A stretch of 54,297 bases of DNA from the NCBI GenBank assembly GCA_040218735.1, contig JAVJQW010000036.1, positions 1 through 54,297 of the forward strand, written 5' to 3'. Below are positions 7,920 through 17,293 of the stretch, one piece after another (the first letter of the stretch is position 1; each line of letters starts with the position of its first letter). Position numbers and translations under genes: made by a program. The notes under the pieces were generated by a model that was not told the origin of the DNA, searched no databases, and was given only the letters and a program-made list of their open reading frames with translations. The stretch comes from Deltaproteobacteria bacterium (lineage in GTDB: Bacteria; Myxococcota; Kuafuiibacteriia; Kuafuiibacteriales; Kuafuiibacteriaceae).

Positions 7920-9113
7920 ATGTCCGCATCTGCCGTCCGGGACGCCATTGCCCAAGTCATTGCCCCCAACAGCGCCGCCGGCGAGGCGGTCACGCTCGAC
8001 GAGGGCCAGCGGGTCCTGCGGAGCGGCGGCGAGACGCTGTCGCGCGGGGAGCTTCGCGAGCTGGTGTCGTTCTTCCGCGACCAGGCGGCGGACCCGACGA
8101 ACGATCGCGAGGTCCAGGCGTGGTGCTCGGAGCACGCGCAGACGATCACGTTCCTCACCGACGAGATCATCCCGGCGCGCCTCGAGCAGCTCGAGCGTGA
8201 AAAGCCGATCCTGGAGCAGGTGCAAAAGCAGATCATCAGCGAGGGCGTGACCCTCCCGCAGGTGGTCGCGCAGGACCTGAAGGACCGGCACGGGTTCGAC
8301 GTCGACCTCCCGGCGTACATGCAGAAGCTCGACCCGAAGGCGCAGGCGCACCTCGCCAAGACGATCGGCGCCGGCGTCGCGCAGTCGTACGACTGCCGCG
8401 AGATCGAAGCGCGCGAGCTCGCCGTCGACCACGGGCACATCACGCTCAAGGGGCGCTTCCAGCGTTACCCGCAGGGGCACGAGATGGCGGAGCTATTCGC
8501 GCTGAGCAGTCAGCAGGGCAAGCTCGACGGCCTCGACCCCCGCGCGACCATCCTGCACGCCGAGGCCATGAAGCCCCTCATCTCGGGCAACGTGGAGCAC
8601 AACGTCTTCTCGCGCAGCGGCGACACCGTGAACCTGCGCCCGAGCACCGACAACTGGAACGGCCGCATCACGGAGGTCTACGACGAAGCCAGCCACACCG
8701 ACCACCTCGCGTGGCACAGCACGGGCCCCTTCGCGAGCAACTTCCTCATCGACTTCTCCGGCGGCATCCACGCGCTACGCGCCCCGCGTCGCAGCAACCA
8801 CGCCGACAACTGGGGCATGGGCGGCGGCATCCTCACCACGGGTTCGCTCGGCCGCGGCTGGCCGGCGATCTGGCACGGTCACATCCACGCCGAGGTCCGC
8901 AACGGGGAGATGGTCATCACCCAGATCGGCCTGTCGGGGCGCCTGTGCCGTCAGGTCGCGGACGGCGAGCTGTCCCTCCCCGACCCGCGCCCGTTCTTCG
9001 AGGCCGCCGGCTTCAAGCTCGCGAGCCCGAACGTCATCCGCTTCGAGAACGCGGAGCACGGGCGCCGCTGCATGATCGACGAGTCGCGCGGCATCGTCAC
9101 CGCGCGCCCCTGA
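7920..9113 (+). CDS. Hypothetical cytoplasmic protein, possible C-terminal enzymatic domain
   Basis: Long ORF with GC3 codon bias, no signal peptide, His-rich C-terminal domain. Confidence 0.7.
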   Translation: MSASAVRDAIAQVIAPNSAAGEAVTLDEGQRVLRSGGETLSRGELRELVSFFRDQAADPTNDREVQAWCSEHAQTITFLTDEIIPARLEQLEREKPILEQVQKQIISEGVTLPQVVAQDLKDRHGFDVDLPAYMQKLDPKAQAHLAKTIGAGVAQSYDCREIEARELAVDHGHITLKGRFQRYPQGHEMAELFALSSQQGKLDGLDPRATILHAEAMKPLISGNVEHNVFSRSGDTVNLRPSTDNWNGRITEVYDEASHTDHLAWHSTGPFASNFLIDFSGGIHALRAPRRSNHADNWGMGGGILTTGSLGRGWPAIWHGHIHAEVRNGEMVITQIGLSGRLCRQVADGELSLPDPRPFFEAAGFKLASPNVIRFENAEHGRRCMIDESRGIVTARP

Positions 9114-10332
9114 CCTCCGCCAAACGTCCCTCCAAGAAACGCCGCTCGACCTCGTTGCACGGCGCGGCCAGCGCCGCGGTGTACGCCTTGGCCGCCGCCT
9201 CGTAGCGCCCCAACCTCCGCAGCAGGTCCGCGCGCGCCGCGTGGAAGAGGTGGTAGCCGTCGAGCGCGTCGGCGAGGGCGTCGACCTCCGCGAGGCCCGC
9301 TTCGGGGCCGTCGCGCATCGCCACCGCGACGGCGCGGTTCAGCGCGACGACCGGCGTCGGGGCGCGCGCGAGCAGGTGATCGTAGAGCGCGACGATCTGC
9401 GCCCAGTCCGTCACGTCCGCCGTGGGGGCTTCGGCGTGGACCGCGGCGATCGCTGCCTGCAGCGCGTACGGGCCGGCGCGCCCCAGTCTCAGCGCCTGCT
9501 TCGTGACGCGGATGCCCTCCGCGATCTGCGCCTGGTTCCAGCGCCCGCGATCCTGCGCCTCGAGCAACACGAGCTCGCCGGACTCCGACGCACGCGCGGC
9601 GCTGCGCGCGTCGTGCAGGAGCATCAACCCGAGCAACCCGAACGCCTCGGGGTGGTCGTCGAGCAGCTGCGCCAGCGCCGCGCCGAGGCGGAGCGCGACC
9701 TTGCACAGATCGCGACGCACCACCTGCGCGCCGTGCGTCGCCGAGTACCCCTCGTTGAACACGAGGTAGACCACCGCGAGCACGCCCGCGACGCGTTCGT
9801 CGATCGCGTCCTCGTCGGGCACGACGAACGGGATCTTCGCGCCGCGGATCTTCTTCTTCGCGCGGACGAGGCGCTGCGCCATCGTCGCGTTGGGCACGAG
9901 GAACGCACGCGCAATCTCCTCGGTCTCGAGCCCGGCGATCGCCCGCAGCGTCAACGCCACACGCGCCTCCTCCGCGAGCGCGGGGTGGCAGCAGGTGAAG
10001 ACGAGCCGGAGCATGTCGTCGCGGATCGGGCCGTCCTCCCCCGCGGCGACCTCGCGCTCGAGCGACGCGAGCCACTCCAGCTCGTCGTTCTTCTTGGAGC
10101 GCATCGTGCGCCGCCTCAGCTCGTCGATGGCGCGGTTGCGCGCCGCGACGACGAGCCACCGCCGGGGATCGTCCGGGACCCCGCGGACCGGCCACTGGTC
10201 GAGCGCCGTGAGCAAGGCGTCCTGCAGCGCGTCCTCCGCGAGGTCGAGGTCGCGGACGGATCGCACCAGGCGCGCGAGCACCCAGCCGTGGTGCTCGCGG
10301 TAGACCCGTTGGATTTCGAGGCGCGTCTGCAC
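9097..10332 (-). CDS. ECF sigma factor with TPR-like C-terminal extension (ECF42 type)
   Basis: DLAEDALQDA, LRLVFTCCHPAL, YLVFNEGY and GPYALQAAIAAVHA motifs; adjacent DGPF/YciI gene. Confidence 0.92.
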   Translation of the reverse strand: MQTRLEIQRVYREHHGWVLARLVRSVRDLDLAEDALQDALLTALDQWPVRGVPDDPRRWLVVAARNRAIDELRRRTMRSKKNDELEWLASLEREVAAGEDGPIRDDMLRLVFTCCHPALAEEARVALTLRAIAGLETEEIARAFLVPNATMAQRLVRAKKKIRGAKIPFVVPDEDAIDERVAGVLAVVYLVFNEGYSATHGAQVVRRDLCKVALRLGAALAQLLDDHPEAFGLLGLMLLHDARSAARASESGELVLLEAQDRGRWNQAQIAEGIRVTKQALRLGRAGPYALQAAIAAVHAEAPTADVTDWAQIVALYDHLLARAPTPVVALNRAVAVAMRDGPEAGLAEVDALADALDGYHLFHAARADLLRRLGRYEAAAKAYTAALAAPCNEVERRFLEGRLAEVRGAR

Positions 10333-10343
10333 CGCGCGTCAGC

Positions 10344-10694
10344 TCAATCGAACACCATGAGCGGCCGGACCTCGACGGTGCCGAGGTCGGCGGCGGGGAT
10401 GCGCGACGCGAACTCGATCGCCTCGTCGAGATCCTTCGCCTCCACGAGGTAATAGCCGCCGAGCTGCTCCTTCGTCTCCGCGAAGGGGCCGTCCGTGGTG
10501 ACGACCTTGCCCTCGCGCTTGCGCACGGAGGTGGCGGTCGCCACGGACTGCAGCGCGTCCCCGGCGATGAACGCATCCTTGGATTTCAAGTAATCGTTGA
10601 ACGCGAAGTAGCGCTCCAGCATCTCCTTTTGCTGGGCCTCGGTGTGGTCGGCCCGAGCGTTCTCGGCTTCGTAGATCAAGAGCAAGTACTGCAT
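10344..10694 (-). CDS. YciI/DGPF family protein
   Basis: TDGPFAETKEQLGGYY motif. Confidence 0.95.
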   Translation of the reverse strand: MQYLLLIYEAENARADHTEAQQKEMLERYFAFNDYLKSKDAFIAGDALQSVATATSVRKREGKVVTTDGPFAETKEQLGGYYLVEAKDLDEAIEFASRIPAADLGTVEVRPLMVFD

Positions 10695-10851
10695 GTTTCG
10701 TCCTCCTACCCCGAGGACGAACGGGCCGCCCTAGGATCGACAGCGGGTCGTCGATTTTTTTTTGCGTCGGGCTGTCGATCGACGCCGACCTCCTTCGTCC
10801 TCCTCCCGAACACGGCGCCCCGGCGGGCGCTCAACGATGAGGAGAATGAAG

Positions 10852-11601
10852 ATGGGTTACGATCACGGACGTTTCGTTTGGCACGAGATCATCACGAAGG
10901 ACGCAGAGCAGGCGAAGGCCTTCTACACGGAGCTGCTCGGTTGGAAGGTCGAAGAGATGGACATGGGGGACTTCGTCTACCCGATGCTGAAGGCCGGCGA
11001 CGCGCCGGTGTGCGGCGTGGCGCCGCCGCCGATGGAGGGTGTGCCGACGCACTGGGTCAGCTACCTGTCGGTCGAGGACGTGGACGCTGCGGCCAAGAAG
11101 GTCGTGGCCAACGGCGGCGAGGCGCTGATGGACGCGATGGACATCCCGACCGTCGGCCGCATGCAGCCGGTGAAGGATCCCTCCGGCGGGGCGTTCTTCC
11201 TGTTCAAGTCGGCCACCGAGGACGCCGAGGCCGCGACGGGCCCCGGCACCTTCCACTGGAACGAGCTCGCGACGGACGACCCGGAGGCGGCGGTGGCCTT
11301 CTACGAGAAGACGTTCGGCTACACCCACGAGACGATGGAGATGCCGGACGGCACGTACTTCGTGCTGAAGAACGGTGACACGATGCGGGCCGGCGTCATG
11401 AAGAACCCCGTCCCGAACGCCCCCACGCACTGGACGCGCTACGTCGCCGTCGATGACTGCGACGCGGCCGTGAAGCGCGCGACGTCGAGCGGCGGGAAGC
11501 TCCTCGGCGAGGTCATGGACGTCCCGGGCGTCGGCCGGTTCGCGCACGTGGAGGACCCGGGCGGCGCGGCGCTGGGCGTCATCAAGCCGGTCGAGCGCTG
11601 A
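10852..11601 (+). CDS. VOC/glyoxalase family protein with two domains
   Basis: Duplicated F(V/H)WxE...AFY...HWxxY...DPxG; GAGGAG RBS at 10839-10844. Confidence 0.92.
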   Translation: MGYDHGRFVWHEIITKDAEQAKAFYTELLGWKVEEMDMGDFVYPMLKAGDAPVCGVAPPPMEGVPTHWVSYLSVEDVDAAAKKVVANGGEALMDAMDIPTVGRMQPVKDPSGGAFFLFKSATEDAEAATGPGTFHWNELATDDPEAAVAFYEKTFGYTHETMEMPDGTYFVLKNGDTMRAGVMKNPVPNAPTHWTRYVAVDDCDAAVKRATSSGGKLLGEVMDVPGVGRFAHVEDPGGAALGVIKPVER

Positions 11602-11682
11602 TCGAGCACGCATCGAACCGCGGGCACGATCGGCGACGCTCGATCGCGCCCGCCCGCGCTCGGTTGAAGTACAGTGGGCACG

Positions 11683-12411
11683 ATGCGCTCCGTGCTCCTC
11701 CTGCTCCCCGCGCTGCTCCTCGCGCCGCGCGCGGCCGACGCGTGCTCACTCCCCGAGGGCCGCCACGTGGCCGCCCCGACCGAGGGGACCCAGATCCCGA
11801 TGAACGGCGCGGTGTTCGTGATGGCGGAGGCGTTTTCGCCCTCCTCGGACGACCCGGCGGTCCTGGACGCGAGGGGCGACCGACTCCCCCTGCGCGCGAG
11901 CTACGGGACGTCGCCGAGCCGCGACCGGCTCTTCGTCTTCTCGCTCCCCGAAGACCACGGCGCCTACGTGTTCACCAGCGGACCCGTCGGCGTCTCCCGC
12001 TCGGACGAACCCGACATCACGAGCCCGGACGCCCCCTCCGCCGACGTCATCTTCTCGGAGGGTGACTACGACGAGGAGGACTCCTGCGGGGCAACGGGCG
12101 ACGCCGTGACGCTGGCGATCGACCCGCCCTCGGACGCCGTCGCGTACGTCGTCTATCGTGACGAGGTCGCGATCACCGGTCGCTTCGTCGGCGAGCGCCT
12201 CGCGTACGACAGCCCCGGCCCCGGCGAGCACTGCTACGCGGTCACCGCCATCGACGCCGCCGGCCTCGAGAGCGCGCGCGGTACACTCGGGTGCTGGTCG
12301 TTCGACGAAGGCTGCCGGTGTGTCTCGGGCGCCGCGAGCGGCGGGGCGCTCGGTGCCCTCCTCGTCCCGTGGCTGCTCCTGCTCCGTCGTCGTCAGTCGA
12401 TGCCGAGCTGA
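11683..12411 (+). CDS. Secreted protein with MYXO-CTERM-like sorting tail
   Basis: Signal peptide; C-terminal GCRC...hydrophobic...LLLLRRR. Confidence 0.75.
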   Translation: MRSVLLLLPALLLAPRAADACSLPEGRHVAAPTEGTQIPMNGAVFVMAEAFSPSSDDPAVLDARGDRLPLRASYGTSPSRDRLFVFSLPEDHGAYVFTSGPVGVSRSDEPDITSPDAPSADVIFSEGDYDEEDSCGATGDAVTLAIDPPSDAVAYVVYRDEVAITGRFVGERLAYDSPGPGEHCYAVTAIDAAGLESARGTLGCWSFDEGCRCVSGAASGGALGALLVPWLLLLRRRQSMPS

Positions 12412-14555
12412 GCGCGGATCTTCTTCCGCCAGTGCGCTTCGACCTCGGCGGCTTCCTCGGGTGTCGACGCCTTCAACATCGTTCCCTCGCAGCGATCCAC
12501 GCGCTCGTCCGGGAGGTCCTCGAGGAAACGTGAGCGCTCGCGCGGGACGACCTGCCCCCACTTCGTGCGGCTCGTCGCGTAGCTCACCGTCAGGTAGGTG
12601 CGCGCGCGTGTCACGGCGACGTACGCAAGCCGGCGCTCCTCGTCGATGTGACCGTCTCCCTCCAGCGTACGCCGGTGCGGGAGTAGCTCCTCTTCGACGC
12701 CGACGAGGAACACGTGCGGCCACTCCAACCCCTTCGACGCGTGGATCGTCGACAGGATGACCTTCTCCTCCTTGTCGTCCTTGTTGTTCGAGTCCTCCCA
12801 ACCGGAGAGCGCGAGGTCGGAGAGGAACGCGCCGAGCGACGCCTCCTCCATCTCCACGAACAGCGCGTCGTCCTCGTCTTCGTCGTCCTCGGGCGGCTCC
12901 TGCTGAGCTTCGAACGCCGCGCGCTTCTTCTTCTTCTTCACGCGCTTCTCGAACCGGTCGAGCTGCTCGAGCACCGCGCGCACGTTGTCGACCTTGCGGC
13001 TCGCGGATTGCGGATCGTCGGTCGAAGCGAACAGCGTCGCTTCCAGTTCCACGGCGTCGAACAGCTTCCGCGCGACGGTGCTCGCCTTCTGCCGCTTCAA
13101 CAGCTTCTTGTGCTGGGCGAGCAGCTCCATGAAGGACGCCACCGCGTCGGCGCCCTTCTCACTGAGTGTGTCGACTTCGTAGGCGCGGTTGAGCCCGTCG
13201 ACGAGCGGGAGGTTCTCGCCGCGCGCCCAGTCGTCGATGCGTTTGATCGTCGTGTCCCCGATCCCCCGCGGCGGGTAGTTCAGGATGCGGCGCATCGACT
13301 GCTCGTCATCGGCGTTCACGAGAACCTTCAGGTACGCGAGCGCGTCCTTGATCTCCTTCTTGTCGAACAGGTCCATCCCGCCCACGACGCGGTACGGGAC
13401 GTGCGCCGTGCGGAGCGCGAGTTCGATCGCACGCGATTGCACGTTGCTCCGGTAGAGCACCGCGACGTCCTCCAGCGGGACCTGCTTCGCCTGCAGCTGC
13501 ACGATCGCGTCCGCGATCTCCTCGGCCTCCGCGTCCTCGTCCTCGAGCGCGACGATCTTCACCTTGTCCCCGTCGCCCGCCGCCGGCTTGAGCCGCTTGT
13601 CGTAGCGGTTCGCGTTCTTCTCGATGATCGCGTTCGCGACCTCGAGGATGTTGCCGGTGGAGCGGTAGTTCGTCTCGAGCATCACCGTCTTGGCGCCGGG
13701 GAAGTGCGTCGAGAAGCGCAGGATGTTCTCCACGTCCGCGCCCCGCCAGCCGTAGATCGACTGGTCGTCGTCGCCCACGACGCACAGGTTTCGCCGCTCG
13801 CCCGCGAGCACGCGCATCAGCTCGAACTGCGCGCCGTTGGTGTCCTGGTACTCGTCGATCATCAGGTACTGCCAACGTCGCGTGAGGCGCTCGCGGATCT
13901 CGTCGTCGGTCTGAAGGAGACGCAGCGTGAGGAGGAGCAGGTCGTCGAAGTCGACGACGTTCTGCGCGCGCAGCGCGGACTCGTACTTTTCGTAGGCCTC
14001 GATCGCGGCGACCCGGTAGTCGTCGTCGGGCATCAGCTCCTCGACGATCGACTCCCCCGCGGCGTTGAGCAGATCACCTTCCGCCTCGCGAAACCCACCG
14101 CTGTCGATCCCCGCGTTCTTCGCGTGCGAGATGACGACCATCAGGCGCTTCGCGTCGAACTTGCGGTCGTCGATCCGCAGCGTGCGGAGGATGCGACGCA
14201 GCGTGCCCATCTGCTCGCCCCCGTCGCAGATCGAAAAACCCGCCTTGAGGCCCACGCGATCCGGGCAGGTCCTCAGGATGCGCGCCCCAAGGGCATGGAA
14301 GGTGCTGATCGTCGTGCCGCGCGCCGCCTTCCCCGCGAGCTTCTTCGCCCGCTCCTTCATCTCGAACGCCGCCTTGTTCGTGAAGGTCACCGCCAGGATG
14401 CTCCGCGGGTGGACGCCGCGGTGGAGCAGGTGCGCGAGGCGATACGTGATCACGCGGGTCTTGCCGCTGCCGGCGCCCGCGAGGACGAGGAGCGGTCCCT
14501 CCGTAGTGAGGACCGCTTCGAGCTGCTCGCGGTTGAGTGAGTCGAGGTCGAGCAA
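12393..14555 (-). CDS. UvrD/Rep/PcrA family SF1 DNA helicase
   Basis: LAGAGSGKT, TFTNKAA, IDEYQDTN, VGDDDQSIYGWRGA, NYRS, TIHASKGLEW and EERRLAYVAVTRA motifs. Confidence 0.95.
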   Translation of the reverse strand: MLDLDSLNREQLEAVLTTEGPLLVLAGAGSGKTRVITYRLAHLLHRGVHPRSILAVTFTNKAAFEMKERAKKLAGKAARGTTISTFHALGARILRTCPDRVGLKAGFSICDGGEQMGTLRRILRTLRIDDRKFDAKRLMVVISHAKNAGIDSGGFREAEGDLLNAAGESIVEELMPDDDYRVAAIEAYEKYESALRAQNVVDFDDLLLLTLRLLQTDDEIRERLTRRWQYLMIDEYQDTNGAQFELMRVLAGERRNLCVVGDDDQSIYGWRGADVENILRFSTHFPGAKTVMLETNYRSTGNILEVANAIIEKNANRYDKRLKPAAGDGDKVKIVALEDEDAEAEEIADAIVQLQAKQVPLEDVAVLYRSNVQSRAIELALRTAHVPYRVVGGMDLFDKKEIKDALAYLKVLVNADDEQSMRRILNYPPRGIGDTTIKRIDDWARGENLPLVDGLNRAYEVDTLSEKGADAVASFMELLAQHKKLLKRQKASTVARKLFDAVELEATLFASTDDPQSASRKVDNVRAVLEQLDRFEKRVKKKKKRAAFEAQQEPPEDDEDEDDALFVEMEEASLGAFLSDLALSGWEDSNNKDDKEEKVILSTIHASKGLEWPHVFLVGVEEELLPHRRTLEGDGHIDEERRLAYVAVTRARTYLTVSYATSRTKWGQVVPRERSRFLEDLPDERVDRCEGTMLKASTPEEAAEVEAHWRKKIRAQLGID

Positions 14556-14608
14556 CGCGCCGTGTTGCTTAGGACCTCGGCGGTCGATCGGCAACCCGAT
14601 CGAGCGGC

Positions 14609-16438
14609 TCAGCGTCGGATCACGAACCCGTCGATGCCGTCCGCGCGTCCGAGGCCTTCGACGTCGACCGCGCCCGAGTACGCGCCGGCGATCGTCACGC
14701 CGCTCGCGTCGTCGCGGTAGGCGGTCGCGGTAGCCTGCCCCGCCACGAGGAGCTCGGTCGCGGTGAGCACTCCGTCCGCGTCGAATTGCATCGCGACGAC
14801 GCCCGCCGCGCCGACCGGAGGGACGACGGGCGTGCCGTCGATCTCGAACGTCGCGGTGAACGACGCCACGATCGTCGCGGTGACCCCGATGCTGCTCGCA
14901 CCCGCGGTCGGGACGAGCGCCGCGTCCACCGCGACGTCCTTCACCCACTCGGGTTGCAGCGGCCCCGTCGTCAGGTGCATCGCGAAGATGCGGCGGTCGG
15001 GAGCGCCGATCGCACCGACCACGCCGTACCCGCGCGGCCCCGCGCCGAACGTGCCCGAGACGAGGAGCCTCCCTTGGGTGGGCGGCGCCGAGAGGACCTC
15101 GACCCGATCGTGCCCCGCGCCCGCGATCTCGACGAGGTTCGAGATGTCCCCGTCAGGCGACAGCTCGAACAACACCACGTCCGTTTCGCCGTCCGACGGC
15201 GCGGCGATCGGCGGGCGCCGATCCGCCATGGACGACGGCATCGCGACGACACCGAGCGTCCGCGCCGCGGTGACGACGTATCCGCCGCCGTGCACGACGA
15301 CGGCGTCCGCGACGACGGCGTCACCGCCCGCGATCGTCGCGCCCCGTAGGCAGGCGAGGTCGGGATCGAAGACGACGGAGAGCGCGCGGTCCACGCCGTT
15401 TGTCACGCTGACCTGCCCGTTCCCCGTCCAGGCGCACCCGTCCTCCAGATCGACACGGCCGCGCTGCGCGCCGGCGACGGCGATGCGGAGCGCGCCCCGC
15501 TCGAGGCCCACCGCGACGTCCGTCGCACGATCGTCGACGCCCGATCCGAACGAACGGTCCGCGACGACGGCGCCGTCGCCGGACAGCACGAGCACGAACA
15601 CGTCGGTCCCGCCGCGTGTGTCGAAGGTCGCGACGACGCCGCTCGGGCCCGTCACCTCGAGCCGCTGCTCGAAGGTCCCGACGACCGTGGTCGCGCCGTC
15701 TTCGAGCGACGCTACCGCGGTCACCGCTTCGTCGCCGGGGCCCGTGAGCCACAGCCACCACGCGGTCCCGCCGCCCTCATCGAGCGCGGCGACGAAGCCG
15801 TCTTCGCCGTCGGCCTGGCGCTCGCCTCCGAGATCGATCGTCCCCGAGAACCGCCCGACGACGACGTCGCGCGCCGCGTCCACGCGCACGACGCCGGTGA
15901 CGTGTTGATCGCCGACCCCGCCGATCGCCGCCACGCGACGATCGCCGACGGCCATCGGATCGCCGTCTTCGCCGGGGGTGGTCGTGACGTCGGCGGTCGG
16001 TCCGCAGTCGTCCCAGCCGCGCGGCGGCACACCGGCTTCGAGGCGCGCCGCGTCGCACGCGCCGGCGCAGGCGGTCGCGGGGTCGAGGCAGACGAAGACG
16101 CGCGTTCGCTCACCCGCCGCGAAGTCGTCGAACCGCGCGACGTGCTCGAACGCGCCCCCCGCCTCCGTGAAGCGGAGCCTCACCTCGACGTCGTCTTCGG
16201 ACGGCACGACGCCGAAGCTGCCGAGCGCTCCGTCGTCGTCCTCGGTCCGCGTGAGCAGCACGCCGTCGCGACGTTCACCGCCGACGTCGAGGTCGACCTG
16301 CACGTCCCCGAGCGCCGCCGCGTCGAGCGTGGTGCGCACGTGGACCACGAGCTGTCGCCCGTCGGGTGAAGAACACGCAGCGAGGAGAGCGACGAGGCCG
16401 GCCGAGGATACCGGACGTGGGATCGACGGTGGCTTCAC
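14609..16438 (-). CDS. Lipoprotein with beta-propeller-like repeats
   Basis: Lipobox LLAAC; repeated GxGDD / VVVGxF / DxFV blades; GTGA overlap with the upstream gene. Confidence 0.7.
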   Translation of the reverse strand: MKPPSIPRPVSSAGLVALLAACSSPDGRQLVVHVRTTLDAAALGDVQVDLDVGGERRDGVLLTRTEDDDGALGSFGVVPSEDDVEVRLRFTEAGGAFEHVARFDDFAAGERTRVFVCLDPATACAGACDAARLEAGVPPRGWDDCGPTADVTTTPGEDGDPMAVGDRRVAAIGGVGDQHVTGVVRVDAARDVVVGRFSGTIDLGGERQADGEDGFVAALDEGGGTAWWLWLTGPGDEAVTAVASLEDGATTVVGTFEQRLEVTGPSGVVATFDTRGGTDVFVLVLSGDGAVVADRSFGSGVDDRATDVAVGLERGALRIAVAGAQRGRVDLEDGCAWTGNGQVSVTNGVDRALSVVFDPDLACLRGATIAGGDAVVADAVVVHGGGYVVTAARTLGVVAMPSSMADRRPPIAAPSDGETDVVLFELSPDGDISNLVEIAGAGHDRVEVLSAPPTQGRLLVSGTFGAGPRGYGVVGAIGAPDRRIFAMHLTTGPLQPEWVKDVAVDAALVPTAGASSIGVTATIVASFTATFEIDGTPVVPPVGAAGVVAMQFDADGVLTATELLVAGQATATAYRDDASGVTIAGAYSGAVDVEGLGRADGIDGFVIRR

Positions 16439-17223
16439 AGCGCACCGCCCCACCCGGCACGCGGCGCGAGGCCGCGCAGGACGACGTCGCGCGAGCCGCC
16501 GTCGTACTCCGGATCGCCCGGCCGCGTGATCGCGTACGTCACGAGCGCCGCACCCGCGGCGGCGGCGACGATCGCGGCGCCGCCCACCCACCAGACCCAC
16601 GTCGTGTCTTCGGCCGCCGGGGGCGCGGCGACCACCTGCGGCGGGGGCGGCGGGGGCGTCACCTTCGGGAGCGGCGGGCGGGCGTCGATCGTCACCGTGA
16701 TGCGCGCGCCCGGCGCCAGCTCCGCGCGCCGGGTCTGCCGCGCGCCCGACGCGTCCTCGTACGTGAGCACGTGGGTCCCCGGCGCGAGGACGAGCGCGAG
16801 CTCACCCGCACCGTCCGCGAGCACGTCTCCATTCAAACGAAGGTCCCGCGCCGCGCCCACGACCGAGATGTTCAGGTGGACGAGGCGCGCCCGGAGGGCC
16901 TCGACCAGCGTCCGCGCGTGCTCGACGCCGTCGGTGTGGCCGCGCTCCGTCGCGGCGTCGAGGAACCGCTCGAACGTGGCGATGGCCGCGCGGTCGTCGC
17001 CCGCCGCGCGCTGCGCGAGGCCCAGGTTGTACTGGGCCGACAGGCTGAAGCGCAGCGCGAGGGATCGTTCGAAGGCCTCGACGGCCGACCGGTGCTCCCC
17101 GGCGTCGAGGTGGCCGACGCCGGCTTCGAAGGCGCCACGCGCGGCTTCGAAGTCGGGTTCGGGCGCAGCGGCGATGGACGCCAGGGCGGTGACGAGGACG
17201 AGCAGTCGATTCGGCTGAGGCAC
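16435..17223 (-). CDS. TPR plus PEGA-like membrane-anchored protein
   Basis: Signal peptide, TPR (AQYNLGLAQR), LAPGTHVL PEGA-like segment, WVWWVGG TM helix. Confidence 0.75.
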   Translation of the reverse strand: MPQPNRLLVLVTALASIAAAPEPDFEAARGAFEAGVGHLDAGEHRSAVEAFERSLALRFSLSAQYNLGLAQRAAGDDRAAIATFERFLDAATERGHTDGVEHARTLVEALRARLVHLNISVVGAARDLRLNGDVLADGAGELALVLAPGTHVLTYEDASGARQTRRAELAPGARITVTIDARPPLPKVTPPPPPPQVVAAPPAAEDTTWVWWVGGAAIVAAAAGAALVTYAITRPGDPEYDGGSRDVVLRGLAPRAGWGGAL

Positions 17224-17293
17224 GGTTTCCCCCGCGGGGAATCATGGCAAACCGTTCGCGCCGTGAACAGACCGCGTGGTATGAATTCAGGCG

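Noticed and set aside
12393-14555. UvrD as part of a defence system (e.g. Gabija)
   Set aside because: Full-length Rep/PcrA-like architecture with no adjacent OLD-family nuclease or other defence genes.
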